Shown here: in pieces, positions 11,511 through 24,743 of the stretch
Numbering within the stretch: the first letter of the stretch is position 1
Layout of the letters: every line of letters starts with the position of its first letter
NCBI RefSeq assembly: GCF_031769215.1
Contig: NW_026782573.1
Coordinates: 434,001-498,000 of the forward strand
From: Ylistrum balloti
Taxonomy: Eukaryota
DNA length: 64,000 nucleotides
Direction of reading: 5' to 3'
Program-made: the position numbers and the translations under genes
The notes under the pieces: generated by a model
Told to the model about the DNA's origin: nothing
Seen by the model: the letters and a program-made list of their open reading frames with translations, nothing else
Databases searched by the model: none

Positions 11511-13145
11511 CTGTAAAAACACAAGTTAGGAGGAGCTTTTACATACATGTGTTCACACAGTAGTGAAACATGTGTTCACAGATGTGAAACAATTATTCAA
11601 CTTATAACTAGTCTAGTTTCATCCCGACAATTACTTACATTAGTAACTAAACTACTGATGTTGGGCAACACATACATAAACCCCCTTTTTTTTGCAAAAA
11701 AGACATTCTTGAAGTTTGATTTGATGAATACCAGATAAAAAGATGATGATGAAATTATCACTACAAAAATTTCTTTCCAATTTCTACTGTGTATTAGTTT
11801 TGCAATTTTCATTATTGAAAAGGAAATAAGAAGTTTCAAAATTGCAAAAATTCTCAAGAGAGACAAATTTCAAGACAGAAAAAATATCTTGATAGTTTGA
11901 AAAAACTGAGTGATCTAATATTAGTATAATAGTTTCATGCAGATAAAGCAGAGAACTTTAAGCAATCCATAGTTTCCAAGCTCTGAATCAAATTTATGAG
12001 AAAAAAACCTAATTATAAATTTTATGTCTCAGTATAAAACACTCTAACCTGCCATCTTAAAAGGAACAGTGACAGAGAATATGAAATGTAATGTAAGTTG
12101 ACCCAAGGGCCGTAACTTTGCAACAGTGTGACAGTACAGTTGAGATTAATTAGCCACACTTCAACATCCCTTGTGCACTCGCACACACAAAATTTGACGA
12201 TTGCAGATAGGACAGAAGGTTTATGTTATGTCTCGGAGTTAGTGTAGGACACTCAGAGTCTAACAAATAGTTAAAGACCTACAAAATCCTTTACTGGGGA
12301 CAAATAAAACACCAGAGCAATACTAGTATGTTGAACGTAAATCTCAACAGTTTCGTGAAAACCTAGTCTGTCAATTTTGGTAAGTTTTTAGTATAATGCT
12401 TCATTTTCCCATAGCAAGAGAATACATCCATGATACTATTTTTGAAAAATGGCCGCATTGTTTACAGCATTCGACTGCCGCTAGATGTCACTGATAACCT
12501 GTTGGCATATTTCCACCGATCAGAAAGCCAGGATTGGTAGTAACAGCTTGTTCCAAAAGTTGTGACAATAGGCTGAAGCTGTACCTGTGTTACATTTAGC
12601 CTAACAAGTTGAGCTGCTTCAGTGTTATGGTGATTAACCCAGTCTGGTGTCCTATAGTCAGTGATAAAGACTTGATCAGTCTCACAGATGCTGTTAAAGC
12701 ATTCTACTTGCTATACATTACTAAGCAACACTACCCTCTCTGTATCAGCTTTACCATTATATCAATACTAACATGTTTTTTGAATTGCATAAAATTCAAG
12801 GACAGACCATCAAATCAGGACAAGTAGAAATAAAACTATGTTGAATCCTGTAAGTAAATTGGTGGAAGTATTCCTTATCAGAAGAATTCATCAAAATCTG
12901 GTGGAAAATATTAGAACATTTACGGACAGAAAATAAAAATGACTAAAGTGTAATTCATGCCAATTTTCTCCATGTTCCTTAAGTAATATTGCTACAACAA
13001 CAAAACCACCATTCTAGTTATCAAAGAACTCTTATAGCACCCATATTTGAAAAGGTGCTTACGATCATGCTAAAGATATCATCTGATACAGAAAGGATCA
13101 GGCAACACTGTGACATGAAACCCAGTGGAAAGCTCCAACTCTTAC

Positions 13146-13163
13146 CTCCTTTGCACTAGTGAG
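13146..13163 (-). CDS. EPS8: Candidate 18-nt micro-exon (LTSAKE) within the PTB domain
   Basis: ttatcag acceptor and gag|gtaaga donor. Phase 0-0, lying in a phase-0 intron. No transcript evidence available. Confidence 0.4.
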
Positions 13164-13479
13164 CTGATAACCAAATAGTACAGAAATATTTGTATATAAG
13201 AATTAGCATTCCAGTAGAAATAGATTTACGAACAGTCACACAAAAACAATTTTTTTTTTTAAATTTCATCTAAACAATTCGTAAACTCTGAAAGCACATT
13301 CAAGAAATTTTGTGTCTTTCTTCCAAATCAAATAGACTGGCCACCGTTACATGTTATCTATCTGACAATCTTGACTGCAGAATGAAATCTGTTGGCAGGT
13401 GAACTTTCGTGATTTGGTCATGTGACTGTTTACGTTTTTTCTATAATAATACTGACCTCCTTGGTTTCGTCTATGCCGG

Positions 13480-14015
13480 CACCTATCTCCGTGACTACCT
13501 ATGCTGATACTTGTCCCATTGCTATCGTCTGTGAAAATACCCTCCTGACTGCCCTTGTCTATGATGTTAAAACCCTACTGCGCTTGTCTCTAATGATACA
13601 ATCACTGTTGCCCTTGTATCCGACATTTACTGACCTTGTTGCCCTTTGTCTATGACATAACCCTGTTACCCTTGTATATGACAATGTTGACCCTGTTACC
13701 CATGTATATGACAATGTTTGTTGCCCTTTGTCTATGACATAACCCTGTTACCCTTGTATATGACAATGTTGACCCTGTTACCCATGTATATGACAATGTT
13801 GACTCTGTTGCCCTTTACCCATGACAATACCTACCCAGTTATCGCTGTCTGTGATGATACATACTCTGTTGCCCTTTGTCTATATGACATAACCCTGTTA
13901 CCCATGTATATGACAATGTTGACCCTGTTGCCCTTTGCCCATGACAATACCTACCCAGTTATCGCTGTCTGTGATGATACATACTCTGTTGCCCTTTATC
14001 TATAAAAATACATAC
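13480..14015. repeat. Compound 27/30-bp minisatellite with higher-order structure
   Basis: Units ccctgttacc(c/a)tgtatatgacaatgttga and ctctgttgccctttgtctatgacataa alternate. The array abuts the EPS8 exon at 14016. Confidence 0.85.
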
Positions 14016-14143
14016 CCCGTTACCCTTGTCTATGATGACAATGTCTCTGGACTCCACGACCATCTCACATCTCATGGTCCAGATGCCAGTTGTGTTCTCC
14101 ATGTGCTTCAGTTTTCTCAGGCCATCTTCCACACTCATGGGGC
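14016..14143 (-). CDS. EPS8: EPS8 exon, PTB domain
   Basis: PMSVEDGLRKLKHMENTTGIWTMRCEMVVESRDIVIIDKGNG matches EPS8 'MITVDDGIRKLKLLDAKGKVWTQDMILQV'. cag acceptor and gtatgt donor. Confidence 0.93.
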
Positions 14144-14551
14144 CTGACAGACAGAAACCATTAATTCACACATGTTCCTTAAACAACAGTGCAGTTTTAT
14201 GGCAGATAATGTTTCAACGACTTGATAAGCATTATCTTTTCTGTCAAACTGTCGTACCTAATTTACTTAACTCTATTCTAATCCTAATACATAGCATTCA
14301 TCCTAACTAAATATTATGTTCTACATCTGAAAATGGTGAATTATAAGGAAGACCAATGATAACTGACTGACCATTAAAATATGTATACATTAAAGGTAAA
14401 TTGTATAAACACAAATCAATATATTTCAAAAACTTACATTCAAATTCATTTTTTTCTGACATAAATGTATGACAATTGACAATAGTTAAAACAGTAGTCT
14501 ATTTACTGGAGAGTTACTTTTTCTTGTTTGTACAAAATCTTAAGTTTGTAG

Positions 14552-14804
14552 AAAAGCCTGTTACCTGTAGTTTGTAGCATGTTACCTGTAGTTTGTAGCA
14601 TGTTACCTGTAATTTGTAGCATGTTACCTGTAGTTTGTAGCATGTTACCTGTAGTTTGTAGCCTGTTACCTGTAGTTTGTAGCATGTTACCTGTAGTTTG
14701 TAGCATGTTACCTGTAGTTTGTAGCATGTTACCTGTAGTTTGTAGCCTGTTACCTGTAGTTTGTAGCCTGTTACCTGTAGTTTGTAGCATGTTACCTGTA
14801 GTTT
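14552..14804. repeat. 21-bp minisatellite, ~12 copies
   Basis: (gc[a/c]tgttacctgtagtttgta)n. Accounts for the spurious LQTTGNM and MLPVVCS ORFs. Confidence 0.95.
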
Positions 14805-14831
14805 TGGTTTATAAACCTGTCCAATTCTTAC

Positions 14832-14912
14832 CTGATCTTGAGGTATAGGTGGCCAGATGATCCACCTCGAAGCCTGGAATGTTATCCGGCCGACTGTCCA
14901 TACTGTGTTGCT
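14832..14912 (-). CDS. EPS8: EPS8 exon, start of PTB domain
   Basis: QHSMDSRPDNIPGFEVDHLATYTSRS carries the EPS8 'Y.VEHLTTF' motif. tag acceptor and gtaag donor. Confidence 0.9.
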
Positions 14913-15545
14913 CTAAAACATCCAAACATAATAAACATTTTAAACACTTTTTCTTGTAAAACTTCATGTGAGTTAGATAAAGTGAACATGTACTGTATAG
15001 CAGTAAAAACAGGCAATGTAAGTCTTCTGAGGTTAAAATCATAATAACCAGATACCACATTGCCAGCAGGAAAGATAACCTTAGGATATGGAAGCAACAA
15101 CAACACAAGATATTATGGAGATTATGGCCGAGGTATATTGTCCAGAAAGCAGACCTGAATGGTCATTATCTGCGACAACATCACCATTGACTTCTATCTA
15201 CGACAGGAAATAGTCTCTCTGACCTTACGACCTGTGAGGTCAGATGTCATTTAATCCAATCAACCCTGAATTTATCAATAGTGAAATCTGATTTGTTATT
15301 ACAAAATGACATCAACATACTCATCAATCTATCAATACAAAAACAAATTCCACTATACTGTGATGAATTTATTATAATTAGCTTCATGAGTAATGCACTC
15401 ACGGGTCTTACATTACATCAAAAACAGTTAAATAATGAAGATATATAGATGTACAGTGTAAAATATGTGATAGTTAATAATGTTTTAATAAATGTCACCG
15501 CTTCACAGAAAACAGCAAATTAAATCAAATTCAGTATAAACTGGT

Positions 15546-15711
15546 CAGGGCTCTCACACTCCATTTTGGGACTGGGGCCCGGGGCCCTTAGAATTGGGAA
15601 AAATAATGGTGTTTTCCTTAGAATTGGGAAAACCTCGGGTCTAAATTGGGAAAAAAAGATACTATTTTGTATTGGGTATTCAGCCCCAAATCTGGCAGAT
15701 CGAGAGCCCTG
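15546..15711. mobile_element. MITE with CAGGGCTCTC termini (hAT-like ends)
   Basis: Perfect 10-bp TIR CAGGGCTCTC...GAGAGCCCTG. A second, inverted copy lies at 45317-45492. No target-site duplication seen. Confidence 0.75.
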
Positions 15712-18700
15712 ATGGAAGTGTGGCAAATTATTATTATCATTATCGTTATTATATTCTTAACGGACTTTATCACATAAAAGGTTATAAGGGCCATCAACCG
15801 GTGTTGTTGATGTACAGCTCTCCTTTAGAAGGAAACTGAATTCAAAGCTTTCTAAAATATTCAGAGGTTGTGAAGTAAAATGCTACTGTGAAACAATCTG
15901 TGTACGCACTTAATATTTCTGATGAACGAAATGGAAAATAAGAATCCTGGATATACCAGATTTAGTAGTAAAACTTAATCATTGGGAGGTAGTTTAAGAT
16001 ACTGCTTTAAGAGAGGGAGATAAAAAAATTATAACATTCCTGATGATTTCTTATTCTGATCTGTCCTTTGTTACAGCCGTCATTGTGAAACCTGATTGTC
16101 AGATGTCCATTAAATATTCCCTTAGGAAATCCTACGACACACGCCCATCAGTCTTTATGTTTCAGTACAATATGGTTATAGACATATATTTAGTCTGACT
16201 GAAATACTGGCTAATACGGTATAACTTGACTATCATCAACTATCTGAAATGTACTAATGTAAACACTAAAACAGGATGGTAGTGGTATCACTTAATGAAA
16301 GGACTCAGAAAATGGCTGATGAAAGTAATTCCAATTTAAAACTCATGATAAGTTCAATTACACTCCTTTATGGCTTTTAAGACCACCTTGGAGATCAAGC
16401 CTGAAGCAGATTTTTCTACTGTTATATAATTATTTGTAGTTCTCTGATTAAAGTGCATGTACGAAAATCCAGTTTCGTTTTTATGTGAACAATCTACACT
16501 GTCTATTTGTACAGGAATGCCATATGTAGTTACTGGTGACAAATTATGATGAATATATGTATCCATGGTGACAAATTATGATTAATATATATATCAAGCC
16601 CTCTTGCAATATAATTCTACAGAACATTAATTCCAATCATGTTTGTCTTTTTTATTTTTCTCATGCATGAAAACAATCTCTGTGATTTGACATAATTTTA
16701 GAAAATCTATCACCCAGATGAAAATTTGATTTTCCTGTCACATATAATTAACCAAAAACCTAAATGTATATAAATATGGGCTGGAACTATGATGATTTAC
16801 AATATCATTATAAATTAGGGAGAAATAAAATTGACTTTGTTAGGAGATATTAACATCTCATGATGCTATGACTTAGCTTTTTTTTTTGCCATTTTCTTTC
16901 TTTGTCTATCCTGTATTTCAAAATTCATCAAATTCTGTATTAAGTCCAAATATTGTCTTTCATAAGGCCTTGATCAGTAAGATTATGTCAGCAGAATTCT
17001 GTGCTTTGCTTGCACTCTGTCATATACTTTATAAATTATGAGTGTTCAGTTGCATGACTTGTTTTTTTTTCTGTTCTCCAACATAATTAAGTATATCCTG
17101 GGTGTTCCATCAGCATACTCCAGGATATTGCGTTTTTTATGTCAGTGTAATGGTACATGGAACTTTCAGGTCCTCTGGCACTTGGTGTCAGATTCTCTGC
17201 CGTCAGACATGTCTAATTGTCTCCACTGCTGTTTACATAGTGACATGTACAATTATATTTGGGTAGAAGGTTGGGCATGCCAATATCTAATAGCAATGAC
17301 TCAAATCGTAAACGAAGAAAAAATAAAATGATATTAGAAGAAATTCAAAGTGAAATTTAAAATAAAACTGAGACAGTGAATTATTATATCATACTCAAGT
17401 TTTAAATCATACTACATACAGAAAAGTTCAGGAAGTTGACATAAAGAACTTTAAGATTATCGATAGATACCATTATGAAACGTTCAGAATAAGAATATTT
17501 AGGAGATTTATTACAAGGATCCTGTGACAACAGTCATAAAGTCTCTGATGTATACATTTGTGTATTATATAGGAGATGCAGTAATACGGGCATTAGAAAA
17601 CAAATGTCTACAAATACACATACAAGAGGAAAGCATCGGAAACATTGACAGTGTCAGAATCACTAATGACGGAAATTTGTAACAATGTAACAATTGTGTC
17701 TGTAATTAGTTATGTCATACACATAAAAAAACCACTCACTAACATCCATAAATACATCTACTAGACATACATGGTGTATTTCTCAATGATAACATATTCT
17801 TCTTTAGTCTATGAAGAATGTTATACATGTCCTCCTTAGATGTAGTTAGGTTTGTTTTCCAACATGTCTAAGGTGTGTAATTCATGCCTAATTAATATGA
17901 GGGACACTTGCGTCATTGCATAATTGCATAGCATTATGCTTTCCTATAAATATGTAAATAAAGGACAGGAATTAAAGGATTTCTATCATAACATGTACAT
18001 AAAATATTTTTAAACTTTTTTTTTTTAATTTTTTTCATCTATTTTTAAGTATTCCAGAATTGGCGATATGAATTCCTTCATCAATTTTTTAAGCATTCCA
18101 CGATCAGCTGTTTGAATTTGAATTTTAGAATTTCGTAACAATGAGTTTTAGAATAAATGTAATTTCCACCATCCCATTAAATATTTGTAACTCAAGTGAC
18201 ATTTTTATTACGTTAAATCTGGTTGCTAAACACAGTTTAAAAGGACATAACATACATATTTGTGATTTTTAAGGCTCTCATTTCAGTTACTAAGTTACCA
18301 TTAGCACAATGTACTTTCATTTATACTGACATTCTAGCTTTGTACACACATGGTATAAGGTGGGATTCCAACACAAGGATATGTGACCTGAATTAAATGC
18401 CTCTCCTGGACTAAACTCTACATGCATGAAAGAATTGACAGTGTTTCACTTCATAATATATAGATATATAGCCCATCTTTCAGTTGATACAGACACCTCA
18501 AGTATGATCAGATTACCCAGTTGCCTGGTCTATACCAAAATATATATATGGTGGCATTAGTTACAATTCAAAATCTTCATTTGTGCAAATTTATCTGAAA
18601 AAAAAATGAAGTTCTCTTTAGATTATTTTCATCTTTTTCGATTTTAACACCCAGATCAGACTGAGAAAAAATCTGAATTTAATATCCAGGAATATCTCAT

Positions 18701-21139
18701 TTACATATCTCTCAAATATATCTTGCGGGATTTCTTTCAAACTTAAAGGCAAATGAATAAGCTCACAGTAGAAAAACAAATGTTTGTGTCTGGTATTGTA
18801 AGGTTTGAGCTGACAAAGTTGAGAACTGAACTGTAAGTCTAAAACAAATAGTTATTGACTATGTGGTGTGCCTTCTGTGATCACACATAACCATTCTGTT
18901 TCATGCTTCAGTGATAATCTTAACAGGCAAACAAAGAAATAATGTGTATGTTAACATGCACCAAGCTATATCATATATCAACACATTCTTACCTGTTTAA
19001 ATTACAAGTTTGAAAGTAATATAGGTTTTTACAGAAATAAATGTTGTGCTAGAGTGATATAACTAAAGTAGCTCAATTGTATGGTGTATTTAAAAAAAAA
19101 ATCAAGTAAATGTTTATCATAATTTCAGGAGTGTTCAGTACAATATTTTTTCTTTCTTGATATCATAATCATATCACAGGAAGTTGTCCAATGTCTGTCT
19201 GTGTTTGTCCCAATGTCTGTCTATATGTCCTTATGTCTGTCTGTGTGATGACATTACACGATAGCTCACTGAACTTGCAGACAATTCAATTTCATACAGA
19301 TCTCTTTGAAGTCAAAATTGAATAAAACAATTTCAAAATCAAGGAGGGGAAAAAAGAAAATGAGCACAAAGTTCAAGAGTATCAATACAAACGATATCCT
19401 GATATACTTAATTCAATAAATGATATCTAAAAACAGGTCACTGACAAAATTCTGTATTTCATCTTCCCTACAGTCAATACACAGGGCTATTTTTACCTGT
19501 ACAAGTCACACACGATGCACATATTTTTCTGTAACTATGTAAATGTACCTGCAGCAGAATTAACGGCTGATGAATACACAGCTTTTCACCTCCCAAACAC
19601 TACCTTTTAATCCAAGCATTTAGCCCTCAAGGGCTGATAAAACAACTCCTTGTGAACAAAGTTGCTTCGCAACTACCCTTGGGACTCACCACATACCACT
19701 GTCTACATCATCTGTATATATATATAACTTCAGAACAACATATCTCACATCCACTTTCTCCAGCCTCATTAGCTTTGTACATACATGTAGTCTTATCCTT
19801 AATTTTGTTCTGACTGTTGATCAATTTCCCTGTTTCTGGTCATCTTCTCATATTTAGAAATCTTCAGCTCGTAATGAAGTTGAACATTCTGATGACCAAC
19901 TCGCATCTGTCTACAAGATTTAAAAACTAGATCTCGAACGGGATTTATCTTTCAGTACTAGTCCTCTTTCTTTTCTATCATTCCAAACTGAAGTCTCCAC
20001 TACACAGAGCAGCGTTAGTTAGATACAACTTCCTTCAGCAAATGCACGCACATGTACAACACTAATCTAATTGTACCTTGCAGGAAGAAATTCACTGGCT
20101 TACACACTCAATTACCTGCATATATACTGAAGAATGCAAGGCTTCCTGTGTATAATATCAGACTCTATTCCTGATCATGTATTCACACATATACAGGGTC
20201 TCCACACACCTTGTGGGTCTGTATTCCTCGATATGCAAAGGTGGCGATTTACAAATACCTTTTGTTTATATTTTTATGATACAAAATATGTCGACAGTGG
20301 CACTTCACTGAAAAAGATGAGTATGTACATGGAATATATTTGGGAATCAGCTCAAATACTTCAACTGTTGACCTTTTTGTGTATCACCATTGTTTTATGA
20401 ATTCTTTTTGGCAGTAACTATAGATATTAAGATGTTTCCTTCACTTCAGTAAATAAGGGTTCCAACAGATCAGCTCTACATCACCTCAGGTGTTGGTCCA
20501 AGGTGCATGGCTTGGTTTGTGTCTTACAAGAAGTCAGGCATGCGAAACAGACCTGTCTGTGTTAAGATGGTTGTGTCATTTTGCACAACACTGGAAGAGT
20601 CTCCCATATGTTGTTTAATGAGATAGGAACCAGCTATCACCAGAAGACAGCACCTCAAAACGGCCCTACAGCTGTTCTAGGAGTATTAACCCAGCAAACA
20701 AACTTAAGTTTATGAGATGACTATTATGAAATCATATGATATCAGGTCTTGAATTCCTGGAAGAAAACCCTTCTTGTGGCTTTCAAACTCAGGGATTTGT
20801 TAAGCTCTAAATGAAAGCAGAAAAGGTGGAATGAATCTTCCTTTTCAAAAATTGTCAATCCTGTAGAAAAGGAACTACAACGCTGACAGGTCTGCAAGGG
20901 TCCTGCTATCTAATGGCTGGAAATACCCCTCCCAACCCCCTACCCAACTTAGACATACCACCAAAAACAAAGCATAATTTTTGAATATAATCCAATTGAT
21001 AAGTGTGAATAACAGTAATTCCATACCACGAAAAAAATACTGAAGTTTCCGACCCATGAGATGAAAAACATGACATTTTATGAATGTTATTAATCAAGAA
21101 ATTAAAAATATTTAATTTATAATAATTTTTTACAGAAGA

Positions 21140-21545
21140 AAAGTGACAAAAAATTGCAAACTTGAATTATCATAGGGAAACTTAATTATCTATTTATAGT
21201 AACAGTGACCTTAACCTTTGACCTTCAAAACTGTAAAGCAATTTCTAAACAAACTCTTTCAGTAAGGAAGTACTGTATGAAGTTTGGGTTAGATTGGCCA
21301 AAGCAAACAATTTTTCACACAGAAACTGATATTCTATTTATAGAAATAGTGACCTTGACCTTTTTAAGCAATCCCATATAAGCACTTTCAATAAGGAAAC
21401 ACTGTATGAAGTTTGAGCTTGATCAACCCATGAAGACTCAAGTTATTACTGGGAAACAAAAATGCTGATGGACAGACGGACGGACGGACAGAGATTACCC
21501 TGATTACTATAGGGTACACCTGCACTTCCATGTGGGGCCCAACAT
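21140..21545. mobile_element. Pearl/HINE-like non-autonomous element
   Basis: Two ~145-bp degenerate internal repeats (gtgacctt..ccttt...actgtatgaagtttg) followed by a (GACG/GACA)n microsatellite at ~21471-21491. This architecture is typical of bivalve Helentron-associated elements. Confidence 0.6.
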
Positions 21546-22180
21546 ATAACTTTGAAAACATAAAATTTATAACATTACTCCAGACATGATGATTGCAGTT
21601 TTCAGGACAATTATTCAGATTTACTGATCTTAGTAAGCACTGTATAGCAATATGGTATATTTAATTATGCTAAATGGAAGAAGTGGGCTTAAGATATACA
21701 AAATTTACCTATTGAATGGTTCATAGGTTATAATCATTTAACACCGAGTGTGAAAGGCAGATTTCCAGATTTCTCAAACCTGTGTACTATTGACTATTAA
21801 CAAAATCATTTAACATGTGACAAACAAACACGATGAGTCAGTCTTTAAGTGAGATACCCTTCAATGTTATGGATTTACACAGTAATTTAATCAGTAAATA
21901 TCTGGTAGGTATATATTATGATGTTGAAGTCATGAACAGTCAATGCAATATCAAATTGAAAGACAACATGTAAATATCGATACATTTCGGAGTTTTTTGT
22001 TTGGAACGAGTCACAAAATAAAAAGTACAATCAAACTTACCTGAATAATCCTGCATAACCATAGTGAGCCAACATGTTAATTACCAAAAGCAATTAATAA
22101 AGTTGGTCCGACATCATGCCAGATAAATACCGTTATTTCTATTTACAAATTTACTGGAAAAGATAACAGAAAAAACTTAC

Positions 22181-22215
22181 CATAGCCATTGTTTATCCTG
22201 CCAAAGTCGTCATCT
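22181..22215 (-). CDS. EPS8: EPS8 N-terminal exon (35 nt)
   Basis: tttcag acceptor and gtaag donor. DDDFGRINNGY; phase 2-1 links 24657-24743 to 14832-14912 in frame. Confidence 0.7.
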
Positions 22216-22539
22216 CTGAAAAATGAAAAAAAAACAGATGCAATTTTCTTTTTATTGACGCTGTTTTTCACTAATAAATTTATCTAGAAAATGGCTAAGT
22301 TTAGGGTTTTGTTAAGTTCTATAATATGTATTGATTTCACATTCTGTAGCTCTTAATCAGACAGGCATTACATGAGTTAATCTATAAAAACCTGAATTTT
22401 ACATTTACTCGTTTTTTTCATTTGATGAAAATGATTAATATACACAAGTGATGAGACAGTATCTGTTAATGGAAGTTCCAAATCAGCATCATGACTTGAT
22501 GTTCATGATACAGTTATCTGTATATTACTTCATCTGTTT

Positions 22540-22990
22540 TTAAATGTCATACTATCACTTTTAATAAGAATATTTAGATGAAAACAACTATTCAAATGTC
22601 ATATTATCTCTTATAAAATTGAAAAGAAAATCACTTTTTCAATGCCATATCAACACTTACTGATAACATTGAGAAGAAATCCAATAATCGCTTATTAAAT
22701 GTCATATCATTGCTTATAACATTGAAAATAATCACTTTTAGTGTCATATTATCCCTTAAAACATTGAGAAAACATTAACTTTTTAAATGTCATATTATCC
22801 CTTAAAACATAGAGAAAATATTAACTTTTTAAATGTCATATTATCACTTAAAACATTGAGAAAACATTAACTTTTTAAATGTCATATTATCCCTTAAAAC
22901 ATTGAGAAAATATTAACTTTTTAAATGTCATATTATCCCTTAAAACATTGAGAAAATATTAACTTTTTAAATGTCATATTATCACTTAAC
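22540..22990. repeat. 46-bp AT-rich minisatellite
   Basis: atgtcatattatcccttaaaacattgagaaaatattaactttttaa, ~5 good copies (22742-22988) with degenerate copies to the left. Confidence 0.9.
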
Positions 22991-24656
22991 ATCAGTTTTC
23001 CATTTATGAATATTGTATTTAAATGTTTTAGATGAAAAATGAATTGGACAAAGGGCTGATGAAAGCCGTAGTCTCTCTAATTTGCCTCTGTTGTATAGAT
23101 TTAAAAGAACCTGGAACGGTAAAGGTTAAATTAACTGAATAATAGTCATTAATTGATATCATCCACTTGCAACCCTGTCAATAAATACATAAAATTACAA
23201 ATGGTTTTGTTGTTTAGAAAAAATAACAAAACATTTAACTGGCTTCTTTTAATTTTTGTGTTATAAAAGACAATGCAGCCTACAGACTGCACATCAAGTT
23301 CTTAATATTTTTCCCGTTCAAAGCTACTTTTTTTAAAAGCTTTCACTTTTTAAAGCATTGTTTTCAACATAAATTAATTTACCATATTTATCCTTAAATA
23401 AGTCCCTTTCCTTAGTGCTAAAATAACAGAGTACGAGGAGGGCTAATTAGAGCTCTTACTATGTTAAAACTGATAAGTCTGCAAAAAGGAAGAAGGGGGC
23501 TTTAATGTAGGAAAGGAATTATTAGCAGATAAATATGATAACAGATAAGTAATTATCAAATTTTCCATAAAGAAAATGACAAAATGTATAAAAAAAAACT
23601 CCAAACTATTCTATACACAATCAGGGTAACAAAAAGAATACGTTTCAGTATAAGAAAATAAGCTTGTGTCTCACAGAAACTATTTTTCATGTCTTTTTCT
23701 AATTGTTTCTTTTTTGATTTTGTAAGAAAATTGAGTCTCATTACATAAACAATATTCTAAATGTAATAAGTTATGATTTTAACATGTTGGCGGAGTGCAG
23801 TTTCTAAAGATAAAACTCAAAATTTTCACAATAGTTACAATCAACCAACTGATGTTTGATCTTGTATGTAAATAACCTAATCTCCATTTTAGAATTGAAA
23901 GTAATCAAATGTCTTAACTGCAAAACAATGGTGCAAGTGACATTGCAATTTAACCAGTAAAAACACTGTAACATTTTAATAGTTTTGTGCGAAATATAAA
24001 AAAAGATAAACTTCAAATAAAAGCATTCCAAACAAAGGGCCATAACTCTGTATAAGACTCAGTTTTAGTGTGCAATGTTTTAATGCTGGTAAAGAATTAC
24101 AAGTAACCATATCTGTTCTTAAAGAATGACCAGAGACTCTTAAATCTGCACTGTAGAACATGATTTAGACATGTCAAAATGTTAGGCCACAATATTGATA
24201 TTTCAGCATATAACAGAAATTCCAATATCATATTGTAAACCTTTTGGACAGTGACATGGTCTAATATATATAACGTCCATGATTTGATACTCTAGCAAGT
24301 ACAAAATAATACCAGATTTCTTTGGATTAGCACTAAATCTGTCGGACCCATAAGGCTAAACTAGTTCAGAATTAAAAGCAAAATCTAGAAAAAGTTTAAA
24401 ATTCAAACACAGACTATAAGTAATACTGGGGAAAAAAAGGTTAAAAAAACAAAGAATACATATTAGTTTCAGGATAGTATAAAATCAAAAACACACTTAT
24501 TGTTAAAGAAAAAGATACTACATGTATTAGAATACCCAAAACCTTGGTCCTTGTTATTTTCTAATTATCACACAACTGTACTACTTGTAGTGGTGCACTA
24601 GGTCAGAACTGACCACCTTGACCAGTGCAGCACTGAAAGTTGGACTGACCACTCAC

Positions 24657-24743
24657 CTGGCTGTATTCAATTCTAACCTGAACTCTGACCCCCTATAGGA
24701 GGAGGGAGGGGGCCTCCTTGGGGAGGAATATGAGTCCACGTAA
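24657..24743 (-). CDS. EPS8: EPS8 N-terminal exon
   Basis: tag acceptor and gtgagt donor. GC-rich, reading YVDSYSSPRRPPPSSYRGSEFRLELNTA. Confidence 0.75.

Noticed and set aside
12478-12492. CCGCTAGATGTCACT, a CTCF-like motif
   Set aside because: Mismatch at a core G position, and it lies in what looks like decayed repeat sequence. No independent support.
13718-14005. Repetitive ORF MLPFVYDITLLPLYMTMLTLL...
   Set aside because: Translation of the 27/30-bp minisatellite on the strand antisense to EPS8.
14503-14848. Heptad-repeat ORFs (LQTTGNM / MLPVVCS)
   Set aside because: They are by-products of a 21-bp intronic minisatellite and are not in a supported exon chain.
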